Shown in pieces: positions 1-11,147 of a DNA stretch of 64,000 nucleotides (position 1 is its first letter; each line of letters starts with the position of its first letter). Made by a program: the position numbers and the translations under genes. The notes below the pieces were generated by a model. It was not told where the DNA came from, did not search any database, and was given only the letters and a program-made list of their open reading frames with translations. The stretch is from a bacterium (GTDB lineage Bacteria; Planctomycetota; UBA8108; UBA1146): contig JAPOLY010000005.1 of the NCBI GenBank assembly GCA_029976805.1, forward strand, positions 1,353 to 65,352. The letters run 5' to 3'.

Positions 1-1
1 G

Positions 2-130
2 CACGGGGGAACCCTGCTTTTCATCATCGACAAGGACAAAAAGATTCGTTGGGAAGTCATTGATCCCATGTTCTGGGACAAGGGCCTCTACCGGTCGGTC
101 ATCCGCAGATTGCTCGCCGAGAGTTCCTGA
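2..130 (+). CDS. 3' end of a thioredoxin-fold redoxin/peroxiredoxin-like gene (partial, runs off window start)
   Basis: Frame-2 translation is ...GTLLFIIDKDKKIRWEVIDPMFWDKGLYRSVIRRLLAESS*. 'FIIDKDKKIRW' resembles the C-terminal beta-strand motif of AhpC/TSA/redoxin proteins. The stop is at 128-130. Confidence 0.4.
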   Translation, partial: HGGTLLFIIDKDKKIRWEVIDPMFWDKGLYRSVIRRLLAESS

Positions 131-135
131 ACACC

Positions 136-543
136 ATGGCTGACAAAAGAAGCGACTCCGAAAGCTCAAGGCCTTATGAAAAGCTCGTCCTTGTTTGCAC
201 TCAGGGGAAGAGCTGCCCACGCCAGGGCGGTGCAGAGATCTGCTCCAAACTCCGGGAGCAGGTTTTTCAGGCTGGCCAAAAGAACCGCATCCGCGTCGTC
301 AAATCCGGCTGTCTCGCCCAGTGCGGACACGGCCCCATCGTTGCAGTGGAGCCAGAAGGAGTCTGGTTTTCCGCAGTGGAAGCGGACCATTGCGAAAAAC
401 TGGCCGACTGGATCCTGAGCATGGGGCCCCTCCCTGAGGGACTGATCTTTGATCCCCCGGAGCAGGGCAAAAACATCCTTCCAGAGGCAGATTGGCGGAT
501 CCCTCCCCAAACCTCCGGAGAAGCCGGGAATTCGCCGATTTGA
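136..543 (+). CDS. thioredoxin-like [2Fe-2S] ferredoxin
   Basis: 135 aa with Cys pattern C-x5-C ... C-x3-C (CTQGKSC...GCLAQCGHGP), typical of the thioredoxin-like 2Fe-2S ferredoxin/NuoE fold. Confidence 0.6.
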   Translation: MADKRSDSESSRPYEKLVLVCTQGKSCPRQGGAEICSKLREQVFQAGQKNRIRVVKSGCLAQCGHGPIVAVEPEGVWFSAVEADHCEKLADWILSMGPLPEGLIFDPPEQGKNILPEADWRIPPQTSGEAGNSPI

Positions 544-701
544 GGCTTCCCGACAAGTCCCGGGAAACCTGCTGAATCCTGTCAGAATCTGTCCACAGAA
601 CACACCCCTGACGATATCCTTGGAGCCTGATGATCAGGGTACCGGTGACGTTACACCGTTGCCCCACCCATAACGCCGGGTCAATCCCGAGGAGAAGACA
701 G

Positions 702-2786
702 ATGAGTCAAGACATTACGCAGATGCGCAACATTGGCATCAGCGCCCACATCGACAGTGGCAAGACGACCCTCACTGAGAGGATCCTCTTCTACACCAAC
801 CGCATTCACTCCATCCATGAGGTGCGAGGCAAAGACGGCGTTGGAGCAACCATGGACTCCATGGAACTCGAACGTGAACGTGGTATCACGATTCAGTCCG
901 CTGCGACCTATCTGGAATGGAAAAACAAGCACATCAACATCATCGACACCCCGGGTCACGTCGACTTCACCGTGGAGGTGGAGCGTGCCCTTCGAGTGCT
1001 CGATGGAGCGATCCTCGTGCTCTGCTCCGTATCGGGAGTGCAGAGTCAGTCGATCACTGTTGACCGCCAGATGCGCCGTTACAACGTTCCGAGACTGGCC
1101 TTCGTCAACAAGTGCGACCGTACCGGTGCAGACCCCCTTCGCGTCTGTGACCAGTTGAGAGAAAAACTGCGCCTGAACTCCGTAATGTTCCAACTTCCCA
1201 TCGGATTGGAAAATGATCACGTAGGTGTCGTCGATCTGATCACGATGAAGGCGATCTACTTCGATGGCGACAATGGTGAAAACCTTCGCTACGAAGACAT
1301 CCCCGCTGACATGGCAGACGAAGCAGAAGAGCGTCGTGAAATGATGCTCGATGCCATCTCCATGTTCTCCGACGAATTGACGGAGGCGATGCTGGAGGAA
1401 AATGTCACCGAGGAGCTGATCATGGAGGCCACCCGCCGGGGTGTGATCTCTCTCGAGCTGTGTCCGGTGTTCTGTGGCTCCGCCTATAAGAACAAGGGTG
1501 TCCAGCCGCTCATGGATGCGGTCAACGCTTTCCTGCCAAGTCCGGTAGATATCAAGAACTACGCCATCAATCCGAAAAATGAAGAAGAGCGCCACGAAGT
1601 CACCAATAGCGAGGATGACCCGCTGCTCAGCTACGCCTTCAAATTGGAAGATGGTGCTTACGGTCAGCTGACCTACATCCGCATTTACCAGGGAAAACTG
1701 GTGAAAGGCGAGTTCGTCTACAACGCCCGCACCGATAAAAAAGTCAAGGTCGGACGTATCGTGCGAATGCACTCTGACGATATGGATGACATCGACGAAG
1801 CAGGCTCAGGAGACATCGTCGCTCTCTTCGGAATCGATTGTGCATCCGGTGATACCTTCCGCTCAGACGATACCGAGCTGGTACTCGACTCGATGCACGT
1901 TCCTGAGCCGGTGATTCACCTCGCCATCAATCCTGTCGACCGCAAGGCTTCCGACAACATGTCCAAGGCCCTTCAGCGCTTCACCAAGGAAGACCCCACT
2001 TTCCGCGTTCGTTTCGACGCGGTCAGCAGTGAGACCATTATCTCCGGTATGGGAGAACTTCACCTGGAGGTTTACGTCGAACGTATGAAGCGGGAATTCA
2101 AGGCAGAAGTGGAAGTCGGTGCTCCGCAGGTCGCCTACCGCGAGCGCATCACCTCACTGACAGAGTTCGATTTCACCCACAAAAAGCAGACCGGTGGATC
2201 GGGTCAGTTTGGCCGCATCATCGGAACGATGGGCCCCAATGAAGAGGGCACCTTCGAATTCGAAAGCAAAGTCACCGGTGGTAATGTCCCCCGCGAGTAC
2301 ATTCCTTCCGTCGAAAAAGGCTTCAATGCCAGTATCGACAAGGGACAGTTGATCGGCGCGCCTGTGGATGGTCTTTCCGTCGTGCTCAGTGACGGTAACT
2401 ACCACAACGTCGACTCCTCGGATATGGCCTTCCAGGCTGCGGCAAAGGGTTGCTTCCGCGAGTACTACATGAAGGGCAAGCCGGAGGTGCTCGAGCCGCT
2501 GATGAAAGTCAGCCTCGAAGGACCCAGTGAGTTCCAGGGCGACATGATCGGTACCCTGAACCAGCGTCGGGGTATTCTCACCGATACCTTCGATGAAGAC
2601 GGTTTCGTCCGCATCGAGGCCGATGTGCCGCTGGCGGAAATGTTCGGATATTCGACCACTCTTCGTTCTGCGACCCAGGGTAAAGCCGAGTTCACCATGG
2701 AGTTTGCTCGCTACTCCCCGGCACCGCGGGATGTTCAGGAAGAGTTGATCGCCGAGTACAAGAGGGAGCTGGAAGAGAAGAAGTAA
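702..2786 (+). CDS. fusA: elongation factor G paralog (EF-G2-like translational GTPase)
   Basis: G1 motif [17 protein letters not shown] and NKCDR motifs, full EF-G domain II-V length. The ATG at 702 is preceded by GAGGAGAAG. The gene is not in an str operon (it is flanked by a ferredoxin and an aldehyde dehydrogenase), and the N-terminus is divergent from canonical FusA. Confidence 0.9.
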   Translation: MSQDITQMRNIGISAHIDSGKTTLTERILFYTNRIHSIHEVRGKDGVGATMDSMELERERGITIQSAATYLEWKNKHINIIDTPGHVDFTVEVERALRVLDGAILVLCSVSGVQSQSITVDRQMRRYNVPRLAFVNKCDRTGADPLRVCDQLREKLRLNSVMFQLPIGLENDHVGVVDLITMKAIYFDGDNGENLRYEDIPADMADEAEERREMMLDAISMFSDELTEAMLEENVTEELIMEATRRGVISLELCPVFCGSAYKNKGVQPLMDAVNAFLPSPVDIKNYAINPKNEEERHEVTNSEDDPLLSYAFKLEDGAYGQLTYIRIYQGKLVKGEFVYNARTDKKVKVGRIVRMHSDDMDDIDEAGSGDIVALFGIDCASGDTFRSDDTELVLDSMHVPEPVIHLAINPVDRKASDNMSKALQRFTKEDPTFRVRFDAVSSETIISGMGELHLEVYVERMKREFKAEVEVGAPQVAYRERITSLTEFDFTHKKQTGGSGQFGRIIGTMGPNEEGTFEFESKVTGGNVPREYIPSVEKGFNASIDKGQLIGAPVDGLSVVLSDGNYHNVDSSDMAFQAAAKGCFREYYMKGKPEVLEPLMKVSLEGPSEFQGDMIGTLNQRRGILTDTFDEDGFVRIEADVPLAEMFGYSTTLRSATQGKAEFTMEFARYSPAPRDVQEELIAEYKRELEEKK

Positions 2787-2811
2787 TCTCTCCCGGATCT
2801 GAAATTCAAAA

Positions 2812-2852
2812 CGCCCGCAGGACCGATACGATCCTGCGGGCGTTTTTTTTGT
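2812..2852. terminator. rho-independent terminator (bidirectional, between convergent genes)
   Basis: CGCCCGCAGGAC-loop-GTCCTGCGGGCG stem followed by T8, and preceded by an A-run on the other strand. Confidence 0.7.
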
Positions 2853-2866
2853 TTGGACAGTCCTGA

Positions 2867-4426
2867 TCAGGGGCGAACGAAGGTCTCCACGGTTCGCTTG
2901 GATCCCTGCAGGGCGATCCGTTGTGAGTAAAGGTCCAGAGCCCGGAGACCTCCGAGCTCGGCTCCACCACCCGCTCTGCCCGGTCCCCCATGGAGAGAGG
3001 AAGGCAGTGCCAGTCCGGATCCCGGTGCCTGCGGTGCCATCTTTTCTGACCCCAAATAGAAGCGTCCACTGTAGGATCCTCCGCGTCGCAGAAAATCGTG
3101 GACCCAATCATCCGAGTCACTGTAAACGGAAGTCACCAACGTTCCGGCTCCACGACTGTTGAGACATGCTGCTGAGGCTGCGGATCCGTCGTACCTGCAG
3201 ATCGTCGACACGGGACCGAAGACTTCCAGATCATGAATCACGTCCGCCCCACCCTCGTCACGGGCTTCCAGAATCGTCGGAGCAAAGAAATAGCCTTTAC
3301 CTGCCTCTGCACCCACGCCGTCGCAGCGTTCACCATTGCCATGGATCACATCCGCGACCTCTTTCAGTTTGTTGACTCCATCGAGGACTGAACTCAACTG
3401 ATCCGCAGTGGCCAGGGGGCCCATGTTGACAGTTTCATCGTCGGGGCTGCCCGTCACCCTGCTCGACACTTCTTCAAGGAAGGACTCGACGAAAGCATCA
3501 CGACGCGAGTCCGGGACGAAGATTCGCCGCACTGCGGTGCACTTCTGGCCACTCTTCTGGGTGACCTCCCGCGCCACTTCCCTGACCATCAGGTTCCAGG
3601 TTTCCGACCCGGGCTCCACATCATCACCAAGGAACGCCGCGTTGAGGCTGTCCGCTTCGATATTGACGGGGACGGACTGGGACAGAAGATTTTCATGGGA
3701 GCGAATACGCAGGCCCGTATCAGCGGACCCGGTAAACGCGACGACATCCTGACCATTCAGGTGATTGAAAAGATCCCCCACCGAGCCACAGATCAGGCTC
3801 AGCACGCCATCCGGCAACACACCGGAATCGACGATGGCCTCGATGCAACGCTCGGTCACCAGACAGGTGCTCGAGGCGGGCTTGGTGATCACGGGCATTC
3901 CCGCAAGAATGGCGGCAGCCGCTTTTTCGGCAAAGCCCCATGCCGGAAAATTGAAGGCATTGATGTGGACGGCAACTCCATTGCGGGGAACCCGGGCATG
4001 ACGACCCCAGAACACGGAAGAGCGGCCCAATTGCTCGCCGTCACCATCCTCCAGGAAAGCCCCACTCCCCAACTCCTTGCCGAGGGCACCGTAGTGATAG
4101 AGGGTTCCCGATGCTCCGTCGATGTCAAACTTGGAATCCTTGCGGGTGGTTCCGCAGGATTTCATCGACAACTCCAGCAGTTCATCACGAATGGCATGGA
4201 TCGCTTTCGACATGCCGATCAGCAACTCACCCCGAGCTTCATGGGAGAGCTCTCTCAATGCAGATCCCCCCTGAACACGGGCATGCTGGACGACCTCCGC
4301 CATGTCCAGTCCCTCAGCGGAAACGCGAGCAAGAACTTCCTCTGTGGTGGGATCACGGAGTTCGACTCCCTTGTCCCCATCTGCAGCGTGCCAATTACCT
4401 GCCGCATAACTTCTGACGATTTTCAT
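2867..4426 (-). CDS. NAD(P)-dependent aldehyde dehydrogenase, PaaN/PaaZ-like ring-opening semialdehyde dehydrogenase family
   Basis: ALDH superfamily with catalytic Cys in GQKCTA context and a Rossmann GxGxxG region. The start is set at the MKIVRSY ATG (4426), preceded by GGGAGG. The subfamily call is inference. Confidence 0.7.
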   Translation of the reverse strand: MKIVRSYAAGNWHAADGDKGVELRDPTTEEVLARVSAEGLDMAEVVQHARVQGGSALRELSHEARGELLIGMSKAIHAIRDELLELSMKSCGTTRKDSKFDIDGASGTLYHYGALGKELGSGAFLEDGDGEQLGRSSVFWGRHARVPRNGVAVHINAFNFPAWGFAEKAAAAILAGMPVITKPASSTCLVTERCIEAIVDSGVLPDGVLSLICGSVGDLFNHLNGQDVVAFTGSADTGLRIRSHENLLSQSVPVNIEADSLNAAFLGDDVEPGSETWNLMVREVAREVTQKSGQKCTAVRRIFVPDSRRDAFVESFLEEVSSRVTGSPDDETVNMGPLATADQLSSVLDGVNKLKEVADVIHGNGERCDGVGAEAGKGYFFAPTILEARDEGGADVIHDLEVFGPVSTICRYDGSAASAACLNSRGAGTLVTSVYSDSDDWVHDFLRRGGSYSGRFYLGSEKMAPQAPGSGLALPSSLHGGPGRAGGGAELGGLRALDLYSQRIALQGSKRTVETFVRP

Positions 4427-4580
4427 TTGGGCCTCCCACACTTTCAGATCGGTGCCGGTTTTCAGGTGCCATTAGAAACACCGAAAGCGGGAGATTCCAC
4501 ACTTCCACGAAGAAGAGTTGCGGGGTTTTACTGCAATAGGTCTGGTTTAAGAACCGCGGAGAGTGAGATCTTCCGAAATC

Positions 4581-6692
4581 TCAGGGCAAACAGGGTCCCA
4601 GAGAGTCCTCCGTGGGATCCAGACCGTATCCGGGATAAGGATAGGGGATCGTTTCTCCGCCTGAGAAGAGATACGAGAGACTGTATATGGCATCACCAAT
4701 ATTCAGAATACCGTCGTCATTGGTGTCTGCCGCATCTGGACAGACAGAGGGAGCCCCGCCGATAAAAAGGTAATCGAGCATGAAAATGGCATCGGCAATG
4801 TTCACGGTCTGGTCGTAGGTCGCATCTCCCCTGACAAACAGGAATTGGGGCTGCTCTGAAACCAGAACCGTACCGGGTATGAAATAGGGCTCGAGGGCAA
4901 ATCCCCCTTCGATCGCATAAATCGTGTTGATCGGAGGAAAACCGATCCCGTTCGCAAAACTCAATTCGGTGGAACTGCCCAAAGGCAATCCAAAGGTGAC
5001 CTCGTAGTTCAGGGTACACAGAGTGTGATTGATCCCGGGATCCACAGTACGGCCGTCGAAGGGCGGCAAGGTATCGAAAATCACAGCCAGATAGAGGCTC
5101 GAATTCTCACCCTCATCGAAAATGTTTGAAATGATGAACTCGGGAGACAACTGGGCTGCCTGGGTACCGTCGATGGAAATTTCATTCATCTGCAAAAAGG
5201 TACCGTCGAATTCAACGCCGATCTGATAACCCTGCAGGGGATCGACATGTGTCCCGAGAACCGGGTGGTAAACCGGTTGACCACCGAAGACCGAGATATC
5301 CGCAAACATCATGTAGTTATCGGGAACTGTCACAACGACGGGCATGACTGTCTGTATCTGATCACTTCCACCCGGTCCCTCGACTGTCAGTGAAACCGTG
5401 TATTCCCCGGGCTCAGTGTAAGTGTGGAATCCAGAGGACGCAGTGCTGGTGGTTCCGTCACCTAAGTCCCAGAAGTGGCTGGCGATCATCCCGTTGCTGT
5501 TGCTCTCAAAATAAATTTGATGGGGCGCCACTCCATCATTCTCGGAGGAGATCACAAGCGAAGCCTCCGGAGCGGGAATGTTGTTCTGGTAGTGGATACT
5601 TCCATCGCTGCGCAGGGTGGCCATATGAACATTCGCCGCCACATCGAGACTCATGGAGTGATCCTCGGCTTCAATTCCGGTGTCCTCAGTCGTCAGGATC
5701 GTATCCGCCATACTGGCCAACCGAATCAAGCCTCCCTCAATCCATGTCGCTTTCCAGGATCCTTCAGCAATGGAGTCGAGTTTCAGATCCGTGATTGCCG
5801 CACCCGACTGGCGCTGACTTCCAATCTGATTCACAACTCCGACGTTGAGATCTGCATGAATGAAATGAATCACCGTCCCCGAGACTGCCACCAGATGCAG
5901 CGATCCATCAAGGAGCACAGAAGCGGCCCAATCTTCGGGAGTGAAACCGAAATCATGAAGTACAAGAGAGGGCCCCTGAGACAACTCATCGAGCACCGAG
6001 TACCGGAAGAGTCCCCCCTCGTTCCATAAAACCGCTCCCGATCCATTCCCCAATCGTGCGACCGCACAGGATGAACCGCTTCCCAGAGAAACTTCAGGAT
6101 TGCCTCCCAGACGGTAGAAGATCTCTTGCCCAGTCACGGAGGTTTCAATCCAGCTGCTCAGACAGGTTCCATTCACCAGGGAGGTCACCACAGGATCGTG
6201 AGCGTCGCCCAAGCCTGCACTGTACTGAACCGGCAACTCAAAACCTGAAGCAACACTCTGGGCCACGAAAATCGCTTGTTGCCCTGAAGGCAGGGGCAGG
6301 TCAAAAGCCATATGAATACTGGCCAGAGGTCCCTGCTTGTGAACGAGATCACCCAGGCCGGAAGGTGTATCAAAGACGGGGATCAACTGATTGCCCCCCA
6401 CCAACGACCCTCCAAAGAGAATCTGGGTGTCGGAGTGAGCACTGAAGGTCAAAAAGGGTGGCAGGCAACCGAGGCAGCTCTTGTCGACCTCGACAAAGGG
6501 TTGTTGCATTTGATACCCGGGAGGCGAAATCAATTCCGGCTCACTAAACTGGGCATGGAGTGAGGAGGCCGTCAGTGAGGTGATTCCCAGGACCAAAGCG
6601 ACCAGACAACGAGCCAAAAACCCCACCCTGCGGGCAGCGGAAGTGCGCTCTTGAGAGTCACTCTTGCGGACTATGGAAATCATCGATCGCAT
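4581..6692 (-). CDS. secreted protein with a PKD domain and the C-terminal RGD-dockerin-like/Cys-tail module
   Basis: Long signal peptide (…LVALVLGITSLTASSLHAQ), PKD motif (WDLGDGTTSTASSGFHTYTEPGEYTVSLTV), C-terminus ...VRGDATYDQTVNIADAIFMLDYLFIGG...DTNDDGILNIGDAIYSLSYLFSGG...LDPTEDSLGPCLP. Confidence 0.7.
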   Translation of the reverse strand: MRSMISIVRKSDSQERTSAARRVGFLARCLVALVLGITSLTASSLHAQFSEPELISPPGYQMQQPFVEVDKSCLGCLPPFLTFSAHSDTQILFGGSLVGGNQLIPVFDTPSGLGDLVHKQGPLASIHMAFDLPLPSGQQAIFVAQSVASGFELPVQYSAGLGDAHDPVVTSLVNGTCLSSWIETSVTGQEIFYRLGGNPEVSLGSGSSCAVARLGNGSGAVLWNEGGLFRYSVLDELSQGPSLVLHDFGFTPEDWAASVLLDGSLHLVAVSGTVIHFIHADLNVGVVNQIGSQRQSGAAITDLKLDSIAEGSWKATWIEGGLIRLASMADTILTTEDTGIEAEDHSMSLDVAANVHMATLRSDGSIHYQNNIPAPEASLVISSENDGVAPHQIYFESNSNGMIASHFWDLGDGTTSTASSGFHTYTEPGEYTVSLTVEGPGGSDQIQTVMPVVVTVPDNYMMFADISVFGGQPVYHPVLGTHVDPLQGYQIGVEFDGTFLQMNEISIDGTQAAQLSPEFIISNIFDEGENSSLYLAVIFDTLPPFDGRTVDPGINHTLCTLNYEVTFGLPLGSSTELSFANGIGFPPINTIYAIEGGFALEPYFIPGTVLVSEQPQFLFVRGDATYDQTVNIADAIFMLDYLFIGGAPSVCPDAADTNDDGILNIGDAIYSLSYLFSGGETIPYPYPGYGLDPTEDSLGPCLP

Positions 6693-7384
6693 CTGCCTAG
6701 TCCCTCCTCATGAGACCGGTTTCAAAACTTCAGGAGTAGTCGTCTGTTCTGACTGAAAGGCTCAAGCGTCAAATCCGCGGGACTCTTCGATACCCCGACA
6801 AAACGTGAGAACCACACACCTCTGCTTTAAAAAAGCCTGGAACGACACCTCAAGTTCCGAATGAATAATTCACTTTCCTATTGGACCATCGATCCCTACC
6901 GGGGGAAAGGCAGTAAAGCCCCGGTAAATCCGGCTCAAAACCACTGAAAATCAGGCTCTCTCGAAACGGTGGCAAGAAATGAACCGCACCGTCTCTAATG
7001 AGTCCTCGCATGCTCCTGCAGCGACTCCTGAAAACGCAGGGCGAAATGGACCCCCAATGAGCAAAAAATGCCGACTCCGAGGACCAGAGGACTCCTTGTG
7101 TTTCCGGCCGGAGTGGAATTCCAGCCTGCAGTCGGCGAAGCTCCGTCAGCAGTGGCTGGGCCCGACACGGGTGTTTTCGCTGGAAATGCCCCAGAGAGCC
7201 ATAGCAGCAAACTCAGGAGCACTGGAAGTGCAGATATCTTGAAGACGGTGACCTGTTTCACGGTGCTCCTTCCTGTTCACCATTTTACCGGTTGGGACCA
7301 GAACCGCTCGATAGAAACCCCCACCGGAGAGATACTTGAAGACAGTGGCAGTGGTGCTGCTCTTTTTGTGATCCGGGAGGCTCG

Positions 7385-8539
7385 ATGTCCTCGCACGAAA
7401 TCACCCGTAATCCGACACGTGCCGTACGCGTGGGTGACCGCGTCATTGGATCAGGTCACCCGATTCTGGTTCAGAGCATGTGCGCAACCCACACCACCGA
7501 TCTCGATGCCACCTGCCGACAGGTCGATGCCTTGTCAGCAGCAGGTGCAGGGATCGTGCGCCTCGCCGTCGACTCGAAAAAGGATGCCGAAGCAGCGATC
7601 GCTATCGCCGACAGGGTTCAAGCCCACATCTGCATCGATCTGCAGGAGAACTGGCGTCTCGCCGAGATACTCGCTCCCCATGTGGCAAAGATTCGCTACA
7701 ACCCGGGACACCTTCACCATCACGAAAAGAAGGTCCCTTGGCAGGAAAAGGTTCAACGCATTGCTGACTGGGCAGTCGCCTCTGATATCGCTCTGAGGAT
7801 TGGTGTCAACTGCGGGTCTGTTGATCCACTTCAAAAGGAAAAATGGCCCTCAGAGGACGACATTTCACCGCTGGTGGCCAGTGCACTCGAGCATTCCGAG
7901 TTTCTCGATTCCATCGGCTTTGAACGCTATGTCGTCTCCCTCAAGGATTCCAATCCGAACACAGTCATCGAGGCAAACCGCCGATTTGCCGAACAGAGAC
8001 CGGAGATTCCCCTGCACCTCGGGGTGACGGAGGCGGGATTGCCCCCTGACGGAGTCATCAAAACCCGGGTTGCCTTCGAGCAGTTGCTCTCCCGGGGGAT
8101 CGGTGACACCTTGCGGGTGTCATTGACTCTTCCCAATGAAGAAAAACATCAGGAGATCATCGAGGGCCAGAAAATCATCGATGATGTCTATGCCGGCAGG
8201 GTCCGCAGTGTGGTCCGTTACGAAACGAACGGGCCCAACATCATCTCGTGCCCCTCCTGCTCCAGGGTAGAGAACGGTGACTTCGTCAAGTTGGCCAAAG
8301 AGGTCAAGGAACTCTCCAAAGCCTACCAGGAACACTCCCTGACCATCGCCGTCATGGGCTGCCGGGTGAATGGACCCGGCGAAACCGATGATGCGGATCT
8401 GGGTCTCTGGTGTGCCCCCAGCTTCGTCAATCTCAAGCGCGGTGAGGAATCCCTCGGAGCGTATCCTTACGATGAAATTCTGGGAAAACTCCAGCAGGAG
8501 ATAGAAGGCCTGATCGAAAGTCGATCATCCACTTCCTGA
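7385..8539 (+). CDS. ispG: 4-hydroxy-3-methylbut-2-enyl diphosphate synthase (GcpE)
   Basis: Full-length GcpE/IspG signature ([13 protein letters not shown]..., CPSCSR Fe-S cysteines), GGGAGG RBS. Confidence 0.9.
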   Translation: MSSHEITRNPTRAVRVGDRVIGSGHPILVQSMCATHTTDLDATCRQVDALSAAGAGIVRLAVDSKKDAEAAIAIADRVQAHICIDLQENWRLAEILAPHVAKIRYNPGHLHHHEKKVPWQEKVQRIADWAVASDIALRIGVNCGSVDPLQKEKWPSEDDISPLVASALEHSEFLDSIGFERYVVSLKDSNPNTVIEANRRFAEQRPEIPLHLGVTEAGLPPDGVIKTRVAFEQLLSRGIGDTLRVSLTLPNEEKHQEIIEGQKIIDDVYAGRVRSVVRYETNGPNIISCPSCSRVENGDFVKLAKEVKELSKAYQEHSLTIAVMGCRVNGPGETDDADLGLWCAPSFVNLKRGEESLGAYPYDEILGKLQQEIEGLIESRSSTS

Positions 8540-8561
8540 ACGGCGATTCCAAGAATTGAAC

Positions 8562-11147
8562 TCAGGGTTCGCAACCTTCATCGCAACACAGATCCCCCGC
8601 AGTCGGATCCACCCCGCAGACACCCGGTGCCGGAGGTGCAGATCCTCCAGAGAAAAGATGGGTCAGGAGTGCGACGGGGTCGGCAATATCGAGAACTTCG
8701 TCGTCATTGACATCCCCTGCATTGGCGCATTGAAGAGGACCTCCTGCGAACAAAAAATCCAGCAGTGCGATGGGATCGGCGACATTGATCAAACTGTCGG
8801 TATTGGCGTCCCCACGGACGAAGCGACCACTCACCCACCCGTCCGGAAACTGAACCACACTGACCGTGTTCCCTGATTGCGCGCCATAACCGAGGTTGGC
8901 GGCATAGATTTTGTCACCGGCAGGACTCGCGGCAATTCCAAAGGTGTAATCCCCCCCAACCGGAATGATCCTTTCGATGGCATCGATCATCGGCGGGGAG
9001 TTGGGGTCACCGACGATGTTGAAATCAGGAAGACGCACGATCGCCACATTGCCGAGACCCGCCCCCAACTCTCCTGGACCCGTGTTGGGGTGTCGACTGA
9101 ACCCCCAGTTGGTGACCGCAAGGTAGGAAGTATTTGGAACGAGGACCATCTCTTCCGGTCCGGTCCCGATACGAAGCCTGGCGACCACCTCTCTGGATTG
9201 ACGATCAATGACAGAGGCATGGTCCAGAGATCGATCGAAGCCGAAGTTGCCGACCAGCAGATGCTCTCCATTCTCGGTCAACGCGAGGGCTTGCGGGAAC
9301 TCATCCACGGCGATCGAAGTCGCGACGAGGGTGTCCACCGTGATTTCCCAAACCCTGACCCCCGTGGGGTCTGAAACGTAAACCAAATCCCCCTCCGGAG
9401 CGGCAATCATCTCACGGGGAGCACCAAGCCCCCCGACCTCGCCGAGCACCTGGTGTCCGGGAATCGACCACCGGGTCACTCGCCCGTCTCCAGCGGTGGC
9501 CACAAACAGCGATTGCCCATCCGGCGTAATCGCAAGTCCCAGAGGAGTCACCCCCAATGCGGGAAAAGAATCGATCAGATCGAGGGTCACCGGGTCGATA
9601 CATTCGATCCGGTCCGCCAGATAATTGACGATGTAGAGACGCGTGCCATCCGGAGTCAACGCCAGACGATAGGGGCCCGATGAAACCGGGATCGTCGCCT
9701 CCACCTCATCGGTGGCGAGATCGATCACGGAAAGAGAACTGCCACCCGCTGCCCCACTGAAGTTCGTGACGAAGAGTCGACCGATGCCGGCATGCAGGGC
9801 AAGCCCGATAGGCCCGGTGCCGACTTCGATGGGACTGGCGAGTTCGGAAGGATGATCCGGTGCACACGTCTCTCGCACGAGCAGGGAATACCCTCCGGAT
9901 TCTCCGCTGGCGTGTCCATCGATGACGATGGTGACCGTTTCACCTGCGGCCACGAATGTTGCCGGGATACGGGCACGTGTGGCATCGAGACCGCAACCGT
10001 CATCATTGCAGGCTCTGACATTGGCGTTGGTGGGCTCTGTGGAAACAGACGGGCAGGGGCCGCTGATCAGGGCGATCTCGGTATCAAAATCACTGCCACA
10101 ACTGTCGATTTCAATCCAGGTGTTCTGAGTCGCGGTGTAGCGATAGAAGTGTTCCGGCGCACCCGCAAAAACGAATTGGCACTGGTGCTCAAAACGGGAG
10201 ACTCCAGTGGTCACTCCAGCGACCTGAAAAGGCAGAGAGGGGATGACAAAAGCCTGTTCACACACCTCACCGGGCCCCGGTGGAGGAACCGCTGTTATCG
10301 TCCCCACCGCTTCACCGGAGTCGCTGATTCCGAAGCCATCGAAAACCACGAAATATTCGACCCCCTCCGTCACCATGAAAGAGAGGCGTGATCGCCAACC
10401 GTTCTCTCCGCAGGCATCGTCGCTGCAACCTATCGCGGTACCGGACCCTGCAGGTCCATTCTGGGATCCCGCCAGCGGGCAGTTCCCCTCGTAAACGTAG
10501 ACCTTGGTATCAAAATTGGAGTCACACAGATCGATACGAATCTCGCCCGTCTCTGCGGCGACAAATCGACGAACCACATCGGGAGCTCCGGTCACATCAA
10601 AAGGACAGGATTCGTTATAGTCGTCGACGGCCCCGATGGTCGAAACAGTGCCATTCCACGGGATCGAAATCATCTCTGCCTGCTCACAAAGGTCCGAGGG
10701 GGCCCTCTCCGAGATGCTCAGGTCATAACTTCCGCAGTCGGCAGCCCCGTAACCGTCAACCACCAGGAAATAGTCCACACCCGCCAGCAAGTCGACGTCG
10801 ACCAGTTGTGATCGCCAGCCGTTCACTCCGCAGGCGTCATCATTACAACCGGCGTACACTCCCGAATTTGAAACGGACGGGCAACTGCCTTCGTAAAGAT
10901 AGACCTTCGTATCAAAATCGGAGGAACAGAGATCGATGGTCACGGTGAGGTCCCTGTCGGGCGTGTAGCGATAAACGACGTCTCGTCCGCCGGTTGGATT
11001 AAACGGGCAGATTTCGTTGTAGTCGTCCAGTGCACCGCAGGTCTCACCGCTCCCCACAAAGGGAATCGCACCGATCACCGCTGCCGACGCACAGTCTTCT
11101 CCACCGACACCCTGGGCAGAGAGTATGCCAGGGCAACAAGCGGACAA
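8562..11147 (-). CDS. secreted protein: three PPC-like Cys-rich ~135 aa repeats, YVTN-type beta-propeller, C-terminal RGD-dockerin-like/Cys-tail module
   Basis: Three repeats of the form C..DDYNE.CPF...DVVYR....I.IDLC.S.FDTKVY.YEG.CP....GCNDDACG.NGWRS. Beta-propeller repeats (LYIVNYLADRIECID..., LFVATAGDGRVT...). C-terminus FVRGDANTDSLINVADPIALLDFLFAGG...DVNDDEVLDIADPVALLTHLFSGG...CGVDPTAGDLCC. The annotated TTG start lacks a signal peptide. An in-frame upstream extension does encode one (see findings). Confidence 0.7.
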   Translation of the reverse strand: MSACCPGILSAQGVGGEDCASAAVIGAIPFVGSGETCGALDDYNEICPFNPTGGRDVVYRYTPDRDLTVTIDLCSSDFDTKVYLYEGSCPSVSNSGVYAGCNDDACGVNGWRSQLVDVDLLAGVDYFLVVDGYGAADCGSYDLSISERAPSDLCEQAEMISIPWNGTVSTIGAVDDYNESCPFDVTGAPDVVRRFVAAETGEIRIDLCDSNFDTKVYVYEGNCPLAGSQNGPAGSGTAIGCSDDACGENGWRSRLSFMVTEGVEYFVVFDGFGISDSGEAVGTITAVPPPGPGEVCEQAFVIPSLPFQVAGVTTGVSRFEHQCQFVFAGAPEHFYRYTATQNTWIEIDSCGSDFDTEIALISGPCPSVSTEPTNANVRACNDDGCGLDATRARIPATFVAAGETVTIVIDGHASGESGGYSLLVRETCAPDHPSELASPIEVGTGPIGLALHAGIGRLFVTNFSGAAGGSSLSVIDLATDEVEATIPVSSGPYRLALTPDGTRLYIVNYLADRIECIDPVTLDLIDSFPALGVTPLGLAITPDGQSLFVATAGDGRVTRWSIPGHQVLGEVGGLGAPREMIAAPEGDLVYVSDPTGVRVWEITVDTLVATSIAVDEFPQALALTENGEHLLVGNFGFDRSLDHASVIDRQSREVVARLRIGTGPEEMVLVPNTSYLAVTNWGFSRHPNTGPGELGAGLGNVAIVRLPDFNIVGDPNSPPMIDAIERIIPVGGDYTFGIAASPAGDKIYAANLGYGAQSGNTVSVVQFPDGWVSGRFVRGDANTDSLINVADPIALLDFLFAGGPLQCANAGDVNDDEVLDIADPVALLTHLFSGGSAPPAPGVCGVDPTAGDLCCDEGCEP

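Noticed and set aside
681-1772. 363 aa minus-strand ORF overlapping the EF-G gene
   Set aside because: Antisense to an unambiguous, highly conserved EF-G coding sequence. No recognisable motifs.
3695-4765. 356 aa plus-strand ORF across the ALDH gene and downstream spacer
   Set aside because: Antisense to the aldehyde dehydrogenase gene. Arg/Gly-rich composition typical of antisense GC-rich translation.
6693-7384. ~700 bp intergenic region between divergent genes, scanned for structured RNAs
   Set aside because: No RNase P (AGGAAAGTCCGGGCTCC), tmRNA (GGGGCTGATTCTGGATTCGAC / tRNA-like 3' end) or SRP RNA (GTCAGGTCCGGAAGGAAGCAGC) core motifs were found. Only a weak hairpin (ACGGTG...CACCGT) is present. 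Most likely it is just divergent promoter space.
7068-7796. 242 aa plus-strand ORF overlapping the ispG start in another frame
   Set aside because: Out of frame with, and overlapping, the well-supported ispG gene. Arg/Pro-rich junk translation.
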